Assembly: GCA_964343725.1 (NCBI GenBank)
Contig: CAYFLF010000001.1
Location: 1-42,449, forward strand
Direction: 5' to 3'
DNA length: 42,449 nt
Source of the DNA: an uncultured Bordetella sp.
Lineage (GTDB): Bacteria > Pseudomonadota > Gammaproteobacteria > Burkholderiales > Burkholderiaceae_C
A model generated the notes under the pieces. That model was not told the DNA's origin. It saw nothing but the letters and a program-made list of their open reading frames with translations, and did not search any database. The translations under genes and the position numbers were made by a program. Position 1 is the first letter of the stretch, and each line of letters opens with the position of its first letter. Shown here in pieces: positions 20,393 through 31,571 of this stretch.

Positions 20393-21503
20393 TTCCCATT
20401 TGTTGCATGGCTTGAGACACTGCATGGACAGCCTGTTCCATTTCTACAGGTCCGATAGCCCCAATACAGCCTACACGGAATGTCTCAATCTGCGTGAGCT
20501 TGCCCGGATACAAGATAAAGCCATACTGTTTGGTAGCTTCGTAAAATTTTTTAAATTCGTAACGTGAATCACGGGGGGCGTGAAATGTGACGATGATGGG
20601 TGCCTGAATCTCAGGGGCTAGAAAAGGTTTGAATCCTAGTCTTGCCATACCCTGAATAAGCGTTTGGCAATTGCTTTGGTAACGGGCCAATCGTGCGGGC
20701 TGTCCACCCTCCTCTTCAAATTGGGCAATAGCCTCGTCTAACGCCACCAAAACATGGGTGGGTGGCGTAAAACGCCACTGCCCCGTCTTTTCCATATAGA
20801 CGTATTGGTCGTGCAGGTCCATCGCCAATGATGTGCTGTTGCCCGCACATCGATCTATTAAATCTCGGCGAATAAAAATAAATCCCATGCCAGGAACACC
20901 CTCCAAGCATTTGCCACTCGCTGCAATCAGCGCATCAAAGTGCAAGCGACGCGCATCGATCTCCAAGGCGGCAAATGAACTCATGGCATCCACGATCAAA
21001 CCACGCTTGTGACGCTGGCAAACATCCGACACCTCTTGCAAGGGGTTGAGTACACCAGCACCCGTTTCACAATGGATCATCACCACATGCGTGATGCTGG
21101 GGTCAGCCTTGAGTAATTGCTCCAAGGACTCGGGTGACACCACTGACGCTTCGTCAAATGGTGCCAAAGTGGTTCGACGTCCCATGAGGGTAGAGAGCTT
21201 GGCGGCACGCTTGCAGTAGGCGCCGTTGTCAAGGACGAGGATGTGACCGTCTTTGGGCACAACCGTGGTCACTGCAGCTTCCACACTAAAAGTGCCACTG
21301 CCTTGCAAGGGAACGACAACATGCGTGTCATGGCCGTGGATGATGTCCAGTAGGCTTTTACGCACGCGGGCAGTGACGGCGATGAATTCGCTGTCCCAAG
21401 AGCCCCAGTCCCGCAACATTGCCAATTTGGTACGTAAGGTGGTTGTCAATGGACCTGGAGTAAGCAGAATGGCTTCGCGGTGATTGTTCATGGGCTGGGA
21501 CAT
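20370..21503 (-). CDS. phnW: 2-aminoethylphosphonate--pyruvate transaminase
   Basis: [64 protein letters not shown]. Confidence 0.95.
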   Translation of the reverse strand: MSQPMNNHREAILLTPGPLTTTLRTKLAMLRDWGSWDSEFIAVTARVRKSLLDIIHGHDTHVVVPLQGSGTFSVEAAVTTVVPKDGHILVLDNGAYCKRAAKLSTLMGRRTTLAPFDEASVVSPESLEQLLKADPSITHVVMIHCETGAGVLNPLQEVSDVCQRHKRGLIVDAMSSFAALEIDARRLHFDALIAASGKCLEGVPGMGFIFIRRDLIDRCAGNSTSLAMDLHDQYVYMEKTGQWRFTPPTHVLVALDEAIAQFEEEGGQPARLARYQSNCQTLIQGMARLGFKPFLAPEIQAPIIVTFHAPRDSRYEFKKFYEATKQYGFILYPGKLTQIETFRVGCIGAIGPVEMEQAVHAVSQAMQQMGITSGAPD

Positions 21504-21585
21504 CTCGTCGGATAGAAGGTAAAAGTTGGGGCTGGCTATCTTTGCCTCAGATTGGAATGGAAGCCAATCGTCTTGTCAATTTTGT

Positions 21586-21600
21586 AGATTGTTGACAATT
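21586..21600. promoter_or_regulatory. Candidate PhnR (GntR) operator in the phnW/phnR divergent region
   Basis: AGATTGTTGACAATT containing the palindrome ATTGT-TG-ACAAT; 14/15 match to the reverse complement of 27728-27742. Confidence 0.65.
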
Positions 21601-21625
21601 TCCTCCAATATGCTCCAATGACCCC

Positions 21626-22345
21626 ATGATGAATGTGTTGGAAGAGATCCTGTCACCGGCGCAGCCCACCATTGATTTGCTGAAGAAAAACTCCCTGACA
21701 GGGGCAGTTCAGCAGGAAATAAGACGTCTGATCGAATCGGGCGAGTTGGGTCCCGGCGACAAATTGTCGGAAGCGGTTCTGGCCGAGCGACTAGGTGTTT
21801 CACGCGGGCCCGTCCGTGAGGCATTCCGGATATTGGAGGAAGCGGGCCTACTCCAACTAGAGAAGAACAGGGGCGTATTTGTGCGCCAAGTCGCCTTAGA
21901 CGAAGCGCTAGAGATCTTTGAAATACGCGCCATGATGGAGGCACATGTCGGCGCTGCTCTGGCAGAGAAAGCCAACGATGAACAGTTAGCCGTTTTGCAG
22001 TCCATGGTCGACAGCATGGAAGAAGCCGTGCATCAAAAGGACCAGGCGCGTTACTACATGCTCAACGTCAGCTTTCACGAAACAATGGTGAAATTCGCTG
22101 GCAACAAGAAATTGCTCGCTCTATACAGGCGCTTGACGCGTGAATTGGAACTGTTTCGTCGACGTAATTTGACCGAACACGCTTTGCTCCTGTCCTCTAT
22201 CAATGAGCATCGAACCATGTTGGCCACTATCAAGAGTCGCGACGGCACAAAAGCTGCCGAAGTATTGCGACAGCACGTACTGATGAGTCGTGCTCGCACG
22301 ATTGCCAATAATTTACAAAGTGATTCACAAAATTCCTCTTCATGA
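21626..22345 (+). CDS. phnR: GntR/FCD phosphonate-utilisation regulator
   Basis: LSEAVLAERLGVSRGPVREAFR wHTH; FCD with NxxFH and EH..H motifs; between phnW and phnA. Confidence 0.85.
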   Translation: MMNVLEEILSPAQPTIDLLKKNSLTGAVQQEIRRLIESGELGPGDKLSEAVLAERLGVSRGPVREAFRILEEAGLLQLEKNRGVFVRQVALDEALEIFEIRAMMEAHVGAALAEKANDEQLAVLQSMVDSMEEAVHQKDQARYYMLNVSFHETMVKFAGNKKLLALYRRLTRELELFRRRNLTEHALLLSSINEHRTMLATIKSRDGTKAAEVLRQHVLMSRARTIANNLQSDSQNSSS

Positions 22346-23575
<1,230 letters not shown>

Positions 23576-23608
23576 ATATTCAAACATACAAATACACGGA
23601 ACTCATCC

Positions 23609-25066
23609 ATGCGTGATATTGCCACCTTCATTCGAGACCATCAACTCGACGCGATGCGCGTGGGAGGTCAAAAGATAGGTGCAGGTCGAGACAGAAAGAT
23701 TGCCGTATTCAACCCCTACACCGAAGAGTGTCTGGGACATATTCCAAAGGCCACGCTTGAAGAGGTTCGCTCTGCCTACGCGCTGGCACATGCTTACCAA
23801 CCTCGGTTGACCCGTTTTGAACGCGCAGCAATTCTCAATAAAACCGCATCGCTTGCCCGAGAACATTTACAAGACATTGCCCAGTTAATCACTGCTGAAT
23901 CAGGCCTTTGTATCAAAGATGCCGTTTATGAAGCCGGCCGAGTCAGTGATGTGCTTTTGTTTGGAGCGCAGGAAGTCCTGAAAGATGATGGGCAAATTTT
24001 CAGTTGCGACCTCACGCACCACGGCAAACAACGTAGGGTTTATACACAGCGCTCTCCCTTGTTGGGAGTCATAACCGCTATCACGCCATTCAATCATCCC
24101 ATGAATCAGGTGGCACACAAGGTCATACCAAGTGTGGCAACTAACAATCGCATGGTACTTAAACCCTCTGAAAAAGTACCTTTCTCTGCCATCTACCTTG
24201 CCGATTTGCTTTATGAAGCGGGCCTGCCACCAGAAATGTTGCAGGTCATTACGGGAGACCCCAGCGAAATCGCAGATGAAATGCTGACAAATCCAAATGT
24301 GGATCTCATTACTTTCACTGGCGGGGTTCCGATTGGAAAATACATTGCCAGTAAAGCAGGATACAGACGAATTGTTTTGGAGTTAGGTGGTAATGATCCA
24401 TTGATCGTGATGGATGACGCTGACTTAGAGGAAGCCTCCAACCTAGCAGTCCAAGGATCCTATAAAAACTCAGGCCAACGTTGTACCGCTGTGAAACGGG
24501 TTCTGGTCCATAAAAAAGTTGCAGATACTTTTACAGAAATGGTGGTGGACAAAACTCGAAAATGGAAGTTTGGCGACCCCAGTGATGACAATCATTTAAT
24601 GGGCACTGTGATAGATGAAGCTGCAGCTCGTCTATTTGAAAACAGAGTGAATGAAGCTGTATCAAAAGGTGCTCGCCTATTGGTGGGTAATCAGCGACGT
24701 GGCGCCTTGTATGCCCCAACGGTGATTGATCAGGTTCACCCAGATATGACCGTAGTTCGCGAGGAAACCTTCGGACCTGTGACACCCATCATTGCGTTTT
24801 CCAACATAGATGAAGCAATCCAAATAGCCAATGGCACAGCCTATGGATTGTCTAGCGGAGTCTGTACCAATCGCATGGATGACATCGTTCGTTTTGTGAA
24901 TGAGTTGCATATGGGTACCGTCAATGTTCGCGAAGTGCCAGGTTACCGACTTGAGTTAACCCCATTTGGAGGCATCAAGGACTCCGGATTGGGCTACAAA
25001 GAAGGTGTACAAGAAGCTATCAAGAGTTTTACCAATGTGAAGACTTATTCCATCCCGTGGGTCTGA
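23609..25066 (+). CDS. phnY: Phosphonoacetaldehyde dehydrogenase
   Basis: ALDH motifs ITPFNHPMNQV, LELGGND, NSGQRCTA, EETFGP, GYRLELTPFGGIK; follows phnA. Confidence 0.93.
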   Translation: MRDIATFIRDHQLDAMRVGGQKIGAGRDRKIAVFNPYTEECLGHIPKATLEEVRSAYALAHAYQPRLTRFERAAILNKTASLAREHLQDIAQLITAESGLCIKDAVYEAGRVSDVLLFGAQEVLKDDGQIFSCDLTHHGKQRRVYTQRSPLLGVITAITPFNHPMNQVAHKVIPSVATNNRMVLKPSEKVPFSAIYLADLLYEAGLPPEMLQVITGDPSEIADEMLTNPNVDLITFTGGVPIGKYIASKAGYRRIVLELGGNDPLIVMDDADLEEASNLAVQGSYKNSGQRCTAVKRVLVHKKVADTFTEMVVDKTRKWKFGDPSDDNHLMGTVIDEAAARLFENRVNEAVSKGARLLVGNQRRGALYAPTVIDQVHPDMTVVREETFGPVTPIIAFSNIDEAIQIANGTAYGLSSGVCTNRMDDIVRFVNELHMGTVNVREVPGYRLELTPFGGIKDSGLGYKEGVQEAIKSFTNVKTYSIPWV

Positions 25067-25087
25067 CCTGAGTCATCTTTTTCTCAT

Positions 25088-26761
25088 ATGCAACATCTAC
25101 TCAACCTGTTAGCTGCCATCGCCTTGTTGGTATGGGGTACGCATACGGTGCGAACTGGCATATTGCGAGTGCTAGGTGGTGATTTGCGACAAGTCTTGGC
25201 GCGAAGTGTGAGTAATCGATTCTTAGGACTATTGGCTGGATTAGGTGTTAGCAGTTTGTTGCAGTCAAGCACTGCCACTTGCATGATTGTCAGTAACTTT
25301 GTAGGTCAAGGCATTTTTGTGACATCGACTGCCTTGGTCATGATGCTTGGTGCTGACGTTGGTACAAGCCTCATGGCACTGTGTTTTTCTTTTGATTTGA
25401 GTTGGCTATCTCCCTTACTGATCGTAGTGGGTGTAGTGACTTTTGTTGCCAATCAAAGTAACACATGGGGCCGTTGGGGTCGGGTACTGATTGGCCTCGG
25501 GTTGATGACCCTAGCCCTACACCTTATTGTGGAAGCTACGCGTCCGATGACGCAGTCTGCTGGCATGAAAGCATTGCTCATGGCATTGCCCAACGAATTG
25601 ATTTTGTTGGTATTGATAGGCGCTGTGCTGACGGTTCTGTCTTACTCCAGTTTGGCCATCGTGCTTTTAGTCGCCGTGCTATGTAAGTCAGGCGTTTTGA
25701 CATTTCCGATTGCATTGGGGTTGGTGTTAGGCGCTAATTTGGGTAGCGGCTTATTAGCCTATCTCACCATGTTGAATGCGTCGGCCGATGTGAGACGCGT
25801 GCCCATAGGAAATTTGGGATTCAAAGTGGTAGGTTGTCTGTTAGCCACTCCTTTTATCGCACATGTCCCCGCACACATCTCCATAGTTGAAGACCTTGGT
25901 TTGGATCCTGTGGTGAGTTTTCATTTATTTTTCAATGTACTTTTAACGCTTTCCTTGGTGGGGTTCACGAATTGGGTAGGAGAACGACTAGAGGCCTGGC
26001 TACCAAAAGCAGTCACAAACGCCGATGCAGACCGCCCCAAATATTTAGACCCTACGGCGCTAGGCACTCCCTCTTTAGCAATTGCCTGTGCAGCACGAGA
26101 AGCCCTACATCAAGCGGATTTGGTTGAAACCATGCTTCGAGGCATCATGCCTGTGATCCATCATGACGACACAGCGCTGTCGAATCGTCTTCGAAATATG
26201 GACGATACCGTGGACCAACTCTACTCTGCAATCAAGTTCTACCTTACCCAGATTTCACGTGAAGCGTTGTCTGAGAGAGAGAGTAAGCGTTGGGCGGACA
26301 TCATGTCTTTTGCTATCAACATGGAACAAGTTGGCGACATCATTGAACGCGTGCTACAAGATATTGAAGACAAGAAAATATCTAAGGGTCGAACTTTCTC
26401 AGAAGCAGGTCTCAAGGAAATTCATGATCTCCATGAAAGACTGGTCTCTAATCTGCGCTTGGGCATGAGTGTTTTCTTGGATGGCGGCCTACTCAATGCC
26501 CAACGTCTATTGGAAGAGAAAGTCAAGTTTCGCGACCTCGAACGCGAATATGCCAATCGACACTTGGCCAGACTGCAAGAAAACACGCCTCAAAGTATTG
26601 GCACTAGCTCCTTGCATATTGACCTTATCAGCGATCTCAAGCGTATCAACTCACATATTTGCTCTATTGCTTATCCCATTCTTGAGCAAGCTGGCGCATT
26701 AGCCAACAGCCGATTGAAGCAACCCGGTCTGAAGTTCGATGAAAAAGGAGGTGCTGCATGA
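25088..26761 (+). CDS. Na/Pi cotransporter family protein (YjbB-like) with C-terminal PhoU-like domains
   Basis: LQSSTAT, MLGADVGT, LGANLGS repeats; soluble C-terminal region ending SSLHIDLISDLKRINSH. Confidence 0.9.
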   Translation: MQHLLNLLAAIALLVWGTHTVRTGILRVLGGDLRQVLARSVSNRFLGLLAGLGVSSLLQSSTATCMIVSNFVGQGIFVTSTALVMMLGADVGTSLMALCFSFDLSWLSPLLIVVGVVTFVANQSNTWGRWGRVLIGLGLMTLALHLIVEATRPMTQSAGMKALLMALPNELILLVLIGAVLTVLSYSSLAIVLLVAVLCKSGVLTFPIALGLVLGANLGSGLLAYLTMLNASADVRRVPIGNLGFKVVGCLLATPFIAHVPAHISIVEDLGLDPVVSFHLFFNVLLTLSLVGFTNWVGERLEAWLPKAVTNADADRPKYLDPTALGTPSLAIACAAREALHQADLVETMLRGIMPVIHHDDTALSNRLRNMDDTVDQLYSAIKFYLTQISREALSERESKRWADIMSFAINMEQVGDIIERVLQDIEDKKISKGRTFSEAGLKEIHDLHERLVSNLRLGMSVFLDGGLLNAQRLLEEKVKFRDLEREYANRHLARLQENTPQSIGTSSLHIDLISDLKRINSHICSIAYPILEQAGALANSRLKQPGLKFDEKGGAA

Positions 26762-26818
26762 GTTCGCTTCCTCATTTCGTTGAATCGCAGATAACTTTTG
26801 ATTTTTTCTGTGTCCACC

Positions 26819-27670
26819 ATGCCTGAGATTGGAATGTCCTGGACGGTGATGCTAATGGTGCTACTAGGTGCACTTTTGCATGCCAGCTGGAATGCGCTTG
26901 TCAAATCAAGCTCTGATAAGACGCTTGACACCGCATTGATTCATGTCTTGTGCTCACTGGTGGCATTGCCAGTGTGCTTGTATGTAGGGTTTCCTATTGA
27001 AGAATCATGGCCATTCATTGGCGCATCGCTTGTGATTCACGTTGGTTACTACTTTGCACTTTCAAGCGCTTACAAGCACGGAGAACTGGGGTTGACCTAC
27101 CCGCTCATGCGCGGTACAGCTCCGATGCTTGTGGCACTGACTTCCATGACCTTGCTTGATGAAGAGCTCAGTACCTTGGGATGGTCGGGTGTGATTTTGA
27201 TTTCCAGTGGCGTGCTGTTACTTGGGGCGAGTGCTGGATTGATGCAACATCGAAAGGCAATTTTTTTCGCCTTGAGTAACGCAGTTCTGATTGCGACCTA
27301 CACAGTGGTAGACGCCAAAGGTGCGCGTCTTTCGGGTGACGTATTGCAATATGTTGCGATGTTATTTGTGCTGGATGGCTGGCCTTTTGCAATTTTGGTA
27401 TTTCTTCACCGAACAGGCAAAGTGTGGAGCTATGTGCAAGGTCGTTGGCGGATTGCATTTGGTGGAGCACTTGCCTCAGTTGGTTCGTACGCCATCGCTT
27501 TGTGGGCCATGACAGTTGCGCCGGTCGCCATGGTGGCTGCTTTGCGAGAAACCTCGGTATTGTTCGCTGCGATTTTGGGTGTTTTTTTGCTGAAAGAGCA
27601 TTGGACGCACTTTCGTTTGATGGGAACCATATCCGTAGTAGCTGGGGTTATGGCATTACGTTTGGGTTGA
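26819..27670 (+). CDS. EamA/DMT membrane protein, phosphonate-utilisation associated type (start uncertain)
   Basis: LHASWN, YPLMRG, YTVVD, ALRETSV; about 10 TM segments. Confidence 0.85.
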   Translation: MPEIGMSWTVMLMVLLGALLHASWNALVKSSSDKTLDTALIHVLCSLVALPVCLYVGFPIEESWPFIGASLVIHVGYYFALSSAYKHGELGLTYPLMRGTAPMLVALTSMTLLDEELSTLGWSGVILISSGVLLLGASAGLMQHRKAIFFALSNAVLIATYTVVDAKGARLSGDVLQYVAMLFVLDGWPFAILVFLHRTGKVWSYVQGRWRIAFGGALASVGSYAIALWAMTVAPVAMVAALRETSVLFAAILGVFLLKEHWTHFRLMGTISVVAGVMALRLG

Positions 27671-27727
27671 TATTTCAGTCAAATCTTCTGTATGGGAAAG
27701 GGTTATCGATAGTGAATCAAACAACTC

Positions 27728-27742
27728 AATCGTCAACAATCT
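27728..27742. promoter_or_regulatory. Second candidate PhnR operator upstream of phnC
   Basis: AATCGTCAACAATCT; its reverse complement AGATTGTTGACGATT differs by one base from 21586-21600. Confidence 0.6.
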
Positions 27743-27748
27743 TTCATC

Positions 27749-27766
27749 ATGTCATGTGTTTGTCAT
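27749..27766 (+). promoter_or_regulatory. Pho box (PhoB site) upstream of phnC
   Basis: ATGTCAT-GTGT-TTGTCAT: TGTCAT at 27750 and 27761 (11 bp period); CATGAT lies 10 bp downstream as a candidate -10. Confidence 0.75.
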
Positions 27767-27806
27767 GTAGTACGCGCATGATGAGCTATTACTTGGGTGT
27801 GCCTCC

Positions 27807-28634
27807 ATGGATGCGTTAAATCAATTGAGTCAGACTGGATTGGTTGTCGAAAAACTCACCAAAACGTTTGAGCGTGGTTCGGTCGCCCTCAAGCAAGCAG
27901 ATTTCTCAGTCGATCCTGGCCAGATGGTGGCTTTGATTGGTGCCTCGGGATCTGGCAAATCAACTTTATTGCGACATTTATCAGGTTTTGTGGCTGCAGA
28001 CGCTGGTAGCGGTTCAATTCGAGTAGGTCACCACTTGATTCAAAGCAATGGGCAGATTGATCGAAAGATACGCAGTATGCGTTCTGACATTGGATTCATT
28101 TTTCAACAATTTAATCTAGTCGGCCGGATGAGTGTGCTCACCAATGTGCTGACTGGTCTATTACCCCGTGTTCCTCTGTGGAGAAGTTTGTTTGGTTTGT
28201 TTACACAAGCTGAAAAACTAGAAGCCTATGAAGCTCTGAAGGTAATTGGAATTGAACACTTAGCCTATCAACGGGCAAGCACACTATCTGGGGGGCAACA
28301 ACAACGTGTTGCTATCGCCCGTTGTTTGGTGCAAAAGGCCAAAATCATCCTGGCGGATGAACCCATTGCATCACTAGACCCTGAAAGCGCAAGAACTGTG
28401 ATGGACATATTGGCAAAGATCAATCGGGAACATGGAATCACGGTGTTGGTATCACTTCACCAAGTGCAGTTTGCCCGTCGCTATTGCCCGCGCACCATAG
28501 CTTTGAGACAAGGAGAGGTTGTCTATGACGGACCTTCTGAAAATCTAACACCACAACACTTAAGAAGTTTGTATGGTGCAAGCGTTGAGGAATTACTTGA
28601 CGGCACTGAAACTCTCGAATTTGTGACTGCATGA
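27807..28634 (+). CDS. phnC: Phosphonate ABC transporter ATPase
   Basis: [40 protein letters not shown]. Confidence 0.95.
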   Translation: MDALNQLSQTGLVVEKLTKTFERGSVALKQADFSVDPGQMVALIGASGSGKSTLLRHLSGFVAADAGSGSIRVGHHLIQSNGQIDRKIRSMRSDIGFIFQQFNLVGRMSVLTNVLTGLLPRVPLWRSLFGLFTQAEKLEAYEALKVIGIEHLAYQRASTLSGGQQQRVAIARCLVQKAKIILADEPIASLDPESARTVMDILAKINREHGITVLVSLHQVQFARRYCPRTIALRQGEVVYDGPSENLTPQHLRSLYGASVEELLDGTETLEFVTA

Positions 28635-28680
28635 TGACGATGACTTACGAATTTCAACCCACCAAAAGGAGATGATGTCT

Positions 28681-29652
28681 ATGAAAATGTCGCGCAAACT
28701 ATTTTTAGCTTTAGCGGTGTCCATGAGTTTTATGACCACCGCGCAATCACAGAGTTTGAAAGAAATCAATTTTGGGATTATTTCCACTGATTCTTCGGCC
28801 GCGTTGAAATCTCTTTGGCAACCTTTTCTCGATGACATGGGCAAAGCCACAGGACTGAAGATCAATGGATTTTTTGCAACCGATTACACCGGCATCATTG
28901 AAGGTATGCGCTTTGGAAAAGTTCAAGTCGCTTGGCACGGTAACAAGTCAGCCATTGAGGCGGTTGATCGTGCCGGTGGAGAAGTTTTTGCCCAATTCAT
29001 CGACCTCGAAGGACGTCCTGGTTATTACTCTTATGTCATCACCCATCGGGACAGCCCTCTGAAGTCGATTGACGATTTGATTTCAAACGGTAAAAGTCTG
29101 TCATTCGGTCTAGGCGATCCTCAATCAACCTCGGGCACATTAGTACCGGTTTACTATGTTTTCAGTCAAAGAAAACTAGATCCTAAAAATGTATTTCGTG
29201 TCACCCGCAGTTCCAATCATGGTGGAAATCTACTCGCTGTTTTAAACAAGCAAATTGATGCCGCCACTAACAACAGTGAGGAACTCGACAAGCTCAAAAT
29301 TCGTGATTCCAGCAAGCACGCAGAGGTCAAGATTTTGTGGACATCCCCGTTGATTCCACGCGACCCTTTGGTTTGGAAAAAAGATTTGCCAGCTGATACC
29401 AAAGACGCCATCAAGAAATTCATCCTTGGCTATGGAAAGGATGCCAGAGAGAAAGAAATCTTGAAAGGAATGCAACAAATCGCCGGCTTTCGCGAATCTA
29501 CGGATATGCAATTGGTGCCAATCCGTCAATTGGAGTTATACAAAGACCGTATCAAGATCGAAACCGACGAAAAAATGGCGGCAGCAGAGAAATCCTCAAA
29601 GCTAGCCGATATCGACAAAAAACTTGCTGATCTTGCTAACCTTGCCAAGTAA
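28681..29652 (+). CDS. phnD: Phosphonate ABC transporter binding protein (start 28672-28681)
   Basis: Signal peptide, FGIISTD, FFATDYTG, GDPQSTSG, SNHGG, ATNNSE, WTSPLIP. Confidence 0.93.
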   Translation: MKMSRKLFLALAVSMSFMTTAQSQSLKEINFGIISTDSSAALKSLWQPFLDDMGKATGLKINGFFATDYTGIIEGMRFGKVQVAWHGNKSAIEAVDRAGGEVFAQFIDLEGRPGYYSYVITHRDSPLKSIDDLISNGKSLSFGLGDPQSTSGTLVPVYYVFSQRKLDPKNVFRVTRSSNHGGNLLAVLNKQIDAATNNSEELDKLKIRDSSKHAEVKILWTSPLIPRDPLVWKKDLPADTKDAIKKFILGYGKDAREKEILKGMQQIAGFRESTDMQLVPIRQLELYKDRIKIETDEKMAAAEKSSKLADIDKKLADLANLAK

Positions 29653-29655
29653 AAC

Positions 29656-30453
29656 ATGACGCCGCTCGTAGCTTCCCACCTTCCCTCAGACCCCAACGCG
29701 GGTCGCACATTACCGCAATTGTTTGCTTGGGCGGCGTTCATTATTTTTCTGGGCTGGGCTTGGAATGGAGCTGAAATCAGGCCACTTGATTTTTTCCGTG
29801 AGTCGGACAATATGGTCAAGTACGCGAAAGAATTTTTTCCGCCTGATTTTCGCGACTGGGAAATTTATTTCAAAGAAATGATCACCACCCTGCACATCGC
29901 TGTGTGGGGAACGGTGATGGCTATTCTTTGCGCCGTACCTTTTGGACTTCTAAGTTCTTCTAATATCGTGCCAGCTTGGGTATACCAACCAGTACGCCGT
30001 TTGATGGATGCGTGTCGTGCTATCAATGAAATGGTGTTTGCCATGTTGTTCATCGTGGCGGTTGGCTTAGGACCGTTCGCTGGTGTCTTGGCCTTATGGG
30101 TTCACACGACTGGCACCTTGGCAAAATTATTTTCAGAAGCAGTCGAAGCAATTGATCCTCGGCCTGTCGAAGGTGTAAGAGCCACAGGCGCGCTAGCCAT
30201 CGAAGAAATTGTGTATGGTGTTTTACCTCAAGTGATGCCGCTTTGGATCTCTTATTCTTTATATCGATTTGAATCCAATGTTCGCTCAGCATCTGTGGTG
30301 GGCATGGTTGGCGCAGGCGGTATCGGTGTAGTTTTGTACGAGGTCATTCGAGGGTTCCAATATGCACAGACTTGTGCAGTATTACTGATCATCATTCTTT
30401 TTGTCACGTGTATTGATTTACTTTCCTCAGTCATTCGTAAAAAATTTATCTGA
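29656..30453 (+). CDS. phnE: Phosphonate ABC transporter permease
   Basis: [37 protein letters not shown]. Confidence 0.95.
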   Translation: MTPLVASHLPSDPNAGRTLPQLFAWAAFIIFLGWAWNGAEIRPLDFFRESDNMVKYAKEFFPPDFRDWEIYFKEMITTLHIAVWGTVMAILCAVPFGLLSSSNIVPAWVYQPVRRLMDACRAINEMVFAMLFIVAVGLGPFAGVLALWVHTTGTLAKLFSEAVEAIDPRPVEGVRATGALAIEEIVYGVLPQVMPLWISYSLYRFESNVRSASVVGMVGAGGIGVVLYEVIRGFQYAQTCAVLLIIILFVTCIDLLSSVIRKKFI

Positions 30454-30462
30454 AAGCGCATT

Positions 30463-31557
30463 TTGAAGTCTTGGCAATACCATAACCCTGTCGCAGTCAC
30501 ATTTGGTTGGGGATGTCTTAGCAAACTACCAACTTTGCTCAATGGTCGCCGAGCAGTAGTTGTGACTTACCCCCAAGCAGATGAAACAGGATTATTAACA
30601 TCGCTTAAAAAACTCCTTGGTGGTCAACTGGCTGGCGTAGTAGATGATGTAGAGCCTAACCCTGAATTGAGTTGGGTCACCAGACATTACAGCGATTTCT
30701 GGAAACACTATGCAGATTGCGTGGTCATTGCTGTGGGCGGGGGCTCCGTGATGGACAGCGCAAAAATGTTCTTACCAGGCGTTAGCAGTGGTGATTTTTC
30801 AGAGATACACACTGCACTTGCGCAATCTAAGTTGCCACAAGTCCAACGGTCTTTGCCCATGATTGCTGTGCCGACTACGGCAGGCACCGGAAGCGAAGTA
30901 ACTCCGTGGGCCACATTGTGGGACCGTACTTCCGCCAAGCATCAGAAATTTTCTCTACACCTGAATGAAACATGGCCAGAAGCAGCTCTAGTGGATCCAG
31001 AGTTAACCATGTCTCTTCCAAAGGTAGTCACACGTGACAGCAACCTAGATGCCCTATCACATGCACTAGAGTCGATTTGGAACGTCAATGCCAATCCTGT
31101 TTCAGATAGGCTTGCGGTAGAGGCGGCACGTACCGTTATAGAAAACCTACCAGCACTTTTGAATGATCAAAGCAATCCGCAATTACGCATTTTGGCGTCG
31201 CGCGCGAGTTTGATGGCTGGATTGGCTTTCTCCAATACAAAAACTGCACTGGCTCATAACATTTCCTATGAAATGACTCTCAAACATGGCTTGTCTCATG
31301 GACTCGCCTGTTCTTTTACCTTGCCAATGGTTTGGCGCTTAGCTCAAGGTAAAGACCCTGAGCGCGATCTGGTGTTGAACCAAATTTTTGGTATCGAAGA
31401 AAAAGATCCAGCAGGTGCGCTAGAAGCGTTCCTTACAAGCGTTGGTGTGTCTAGTCAATTCAATGATTACGGTGTGTCCAAGCAAGAGGCCGATGATCTG
31501 ATCCATGCATCCATGCAAGGCCCTAGAGGGCGTAACTTTGTGGGGTCCCTAGGGTAG
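30463..31557 (+). CDS. Iron-containing (group III) alcohol dehydrogenase, phosphonate-associated
   Basis: GGGSVMD, PTTAGTGSE, DALSHALE, AHNISY, HGLAC (Asp/His metal ligands); 9 bp after phnE. Confidence 0.9.
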   Translation: MKSWQYHNPVAVTFGWGCLSKLPTLLNGRRAVVVTYPQADETGLLTSLKKLLGGQLAGVVDDVEPNPELSWVTRHYSDFWKHYADCVVIAVGGGSVMDSAKMFLPGVSSGDFSEIHTALAQSKLPQVQRSLPMIAVPTTAGTGSEVTPWATLWDRTSAKHQKFSLHLNETWPEAALVDPELTMSLPKVVTRDSNLDALSHALESIWNVNANPVSDRLAVEAARTVIENLPALLNDQSNPQLRILASRASLMAGLAFSNTKTALAHNISYEMTLKHGLSHGLACSFTLPMVWRLAQGKDPERDLVLNQIFGIEEKDPAGALEAFLTSVGVSSQFNDYGVSKQEADDLIHASMQGPRGRNFVGSLG

Positions 31558-31571
31558 GTGGCATAAAACTC

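Noticed and set aside
27807..31557. C-P lyase operon
   Set aside because: phnCDE are present but no phnGHIJKLM in the window.
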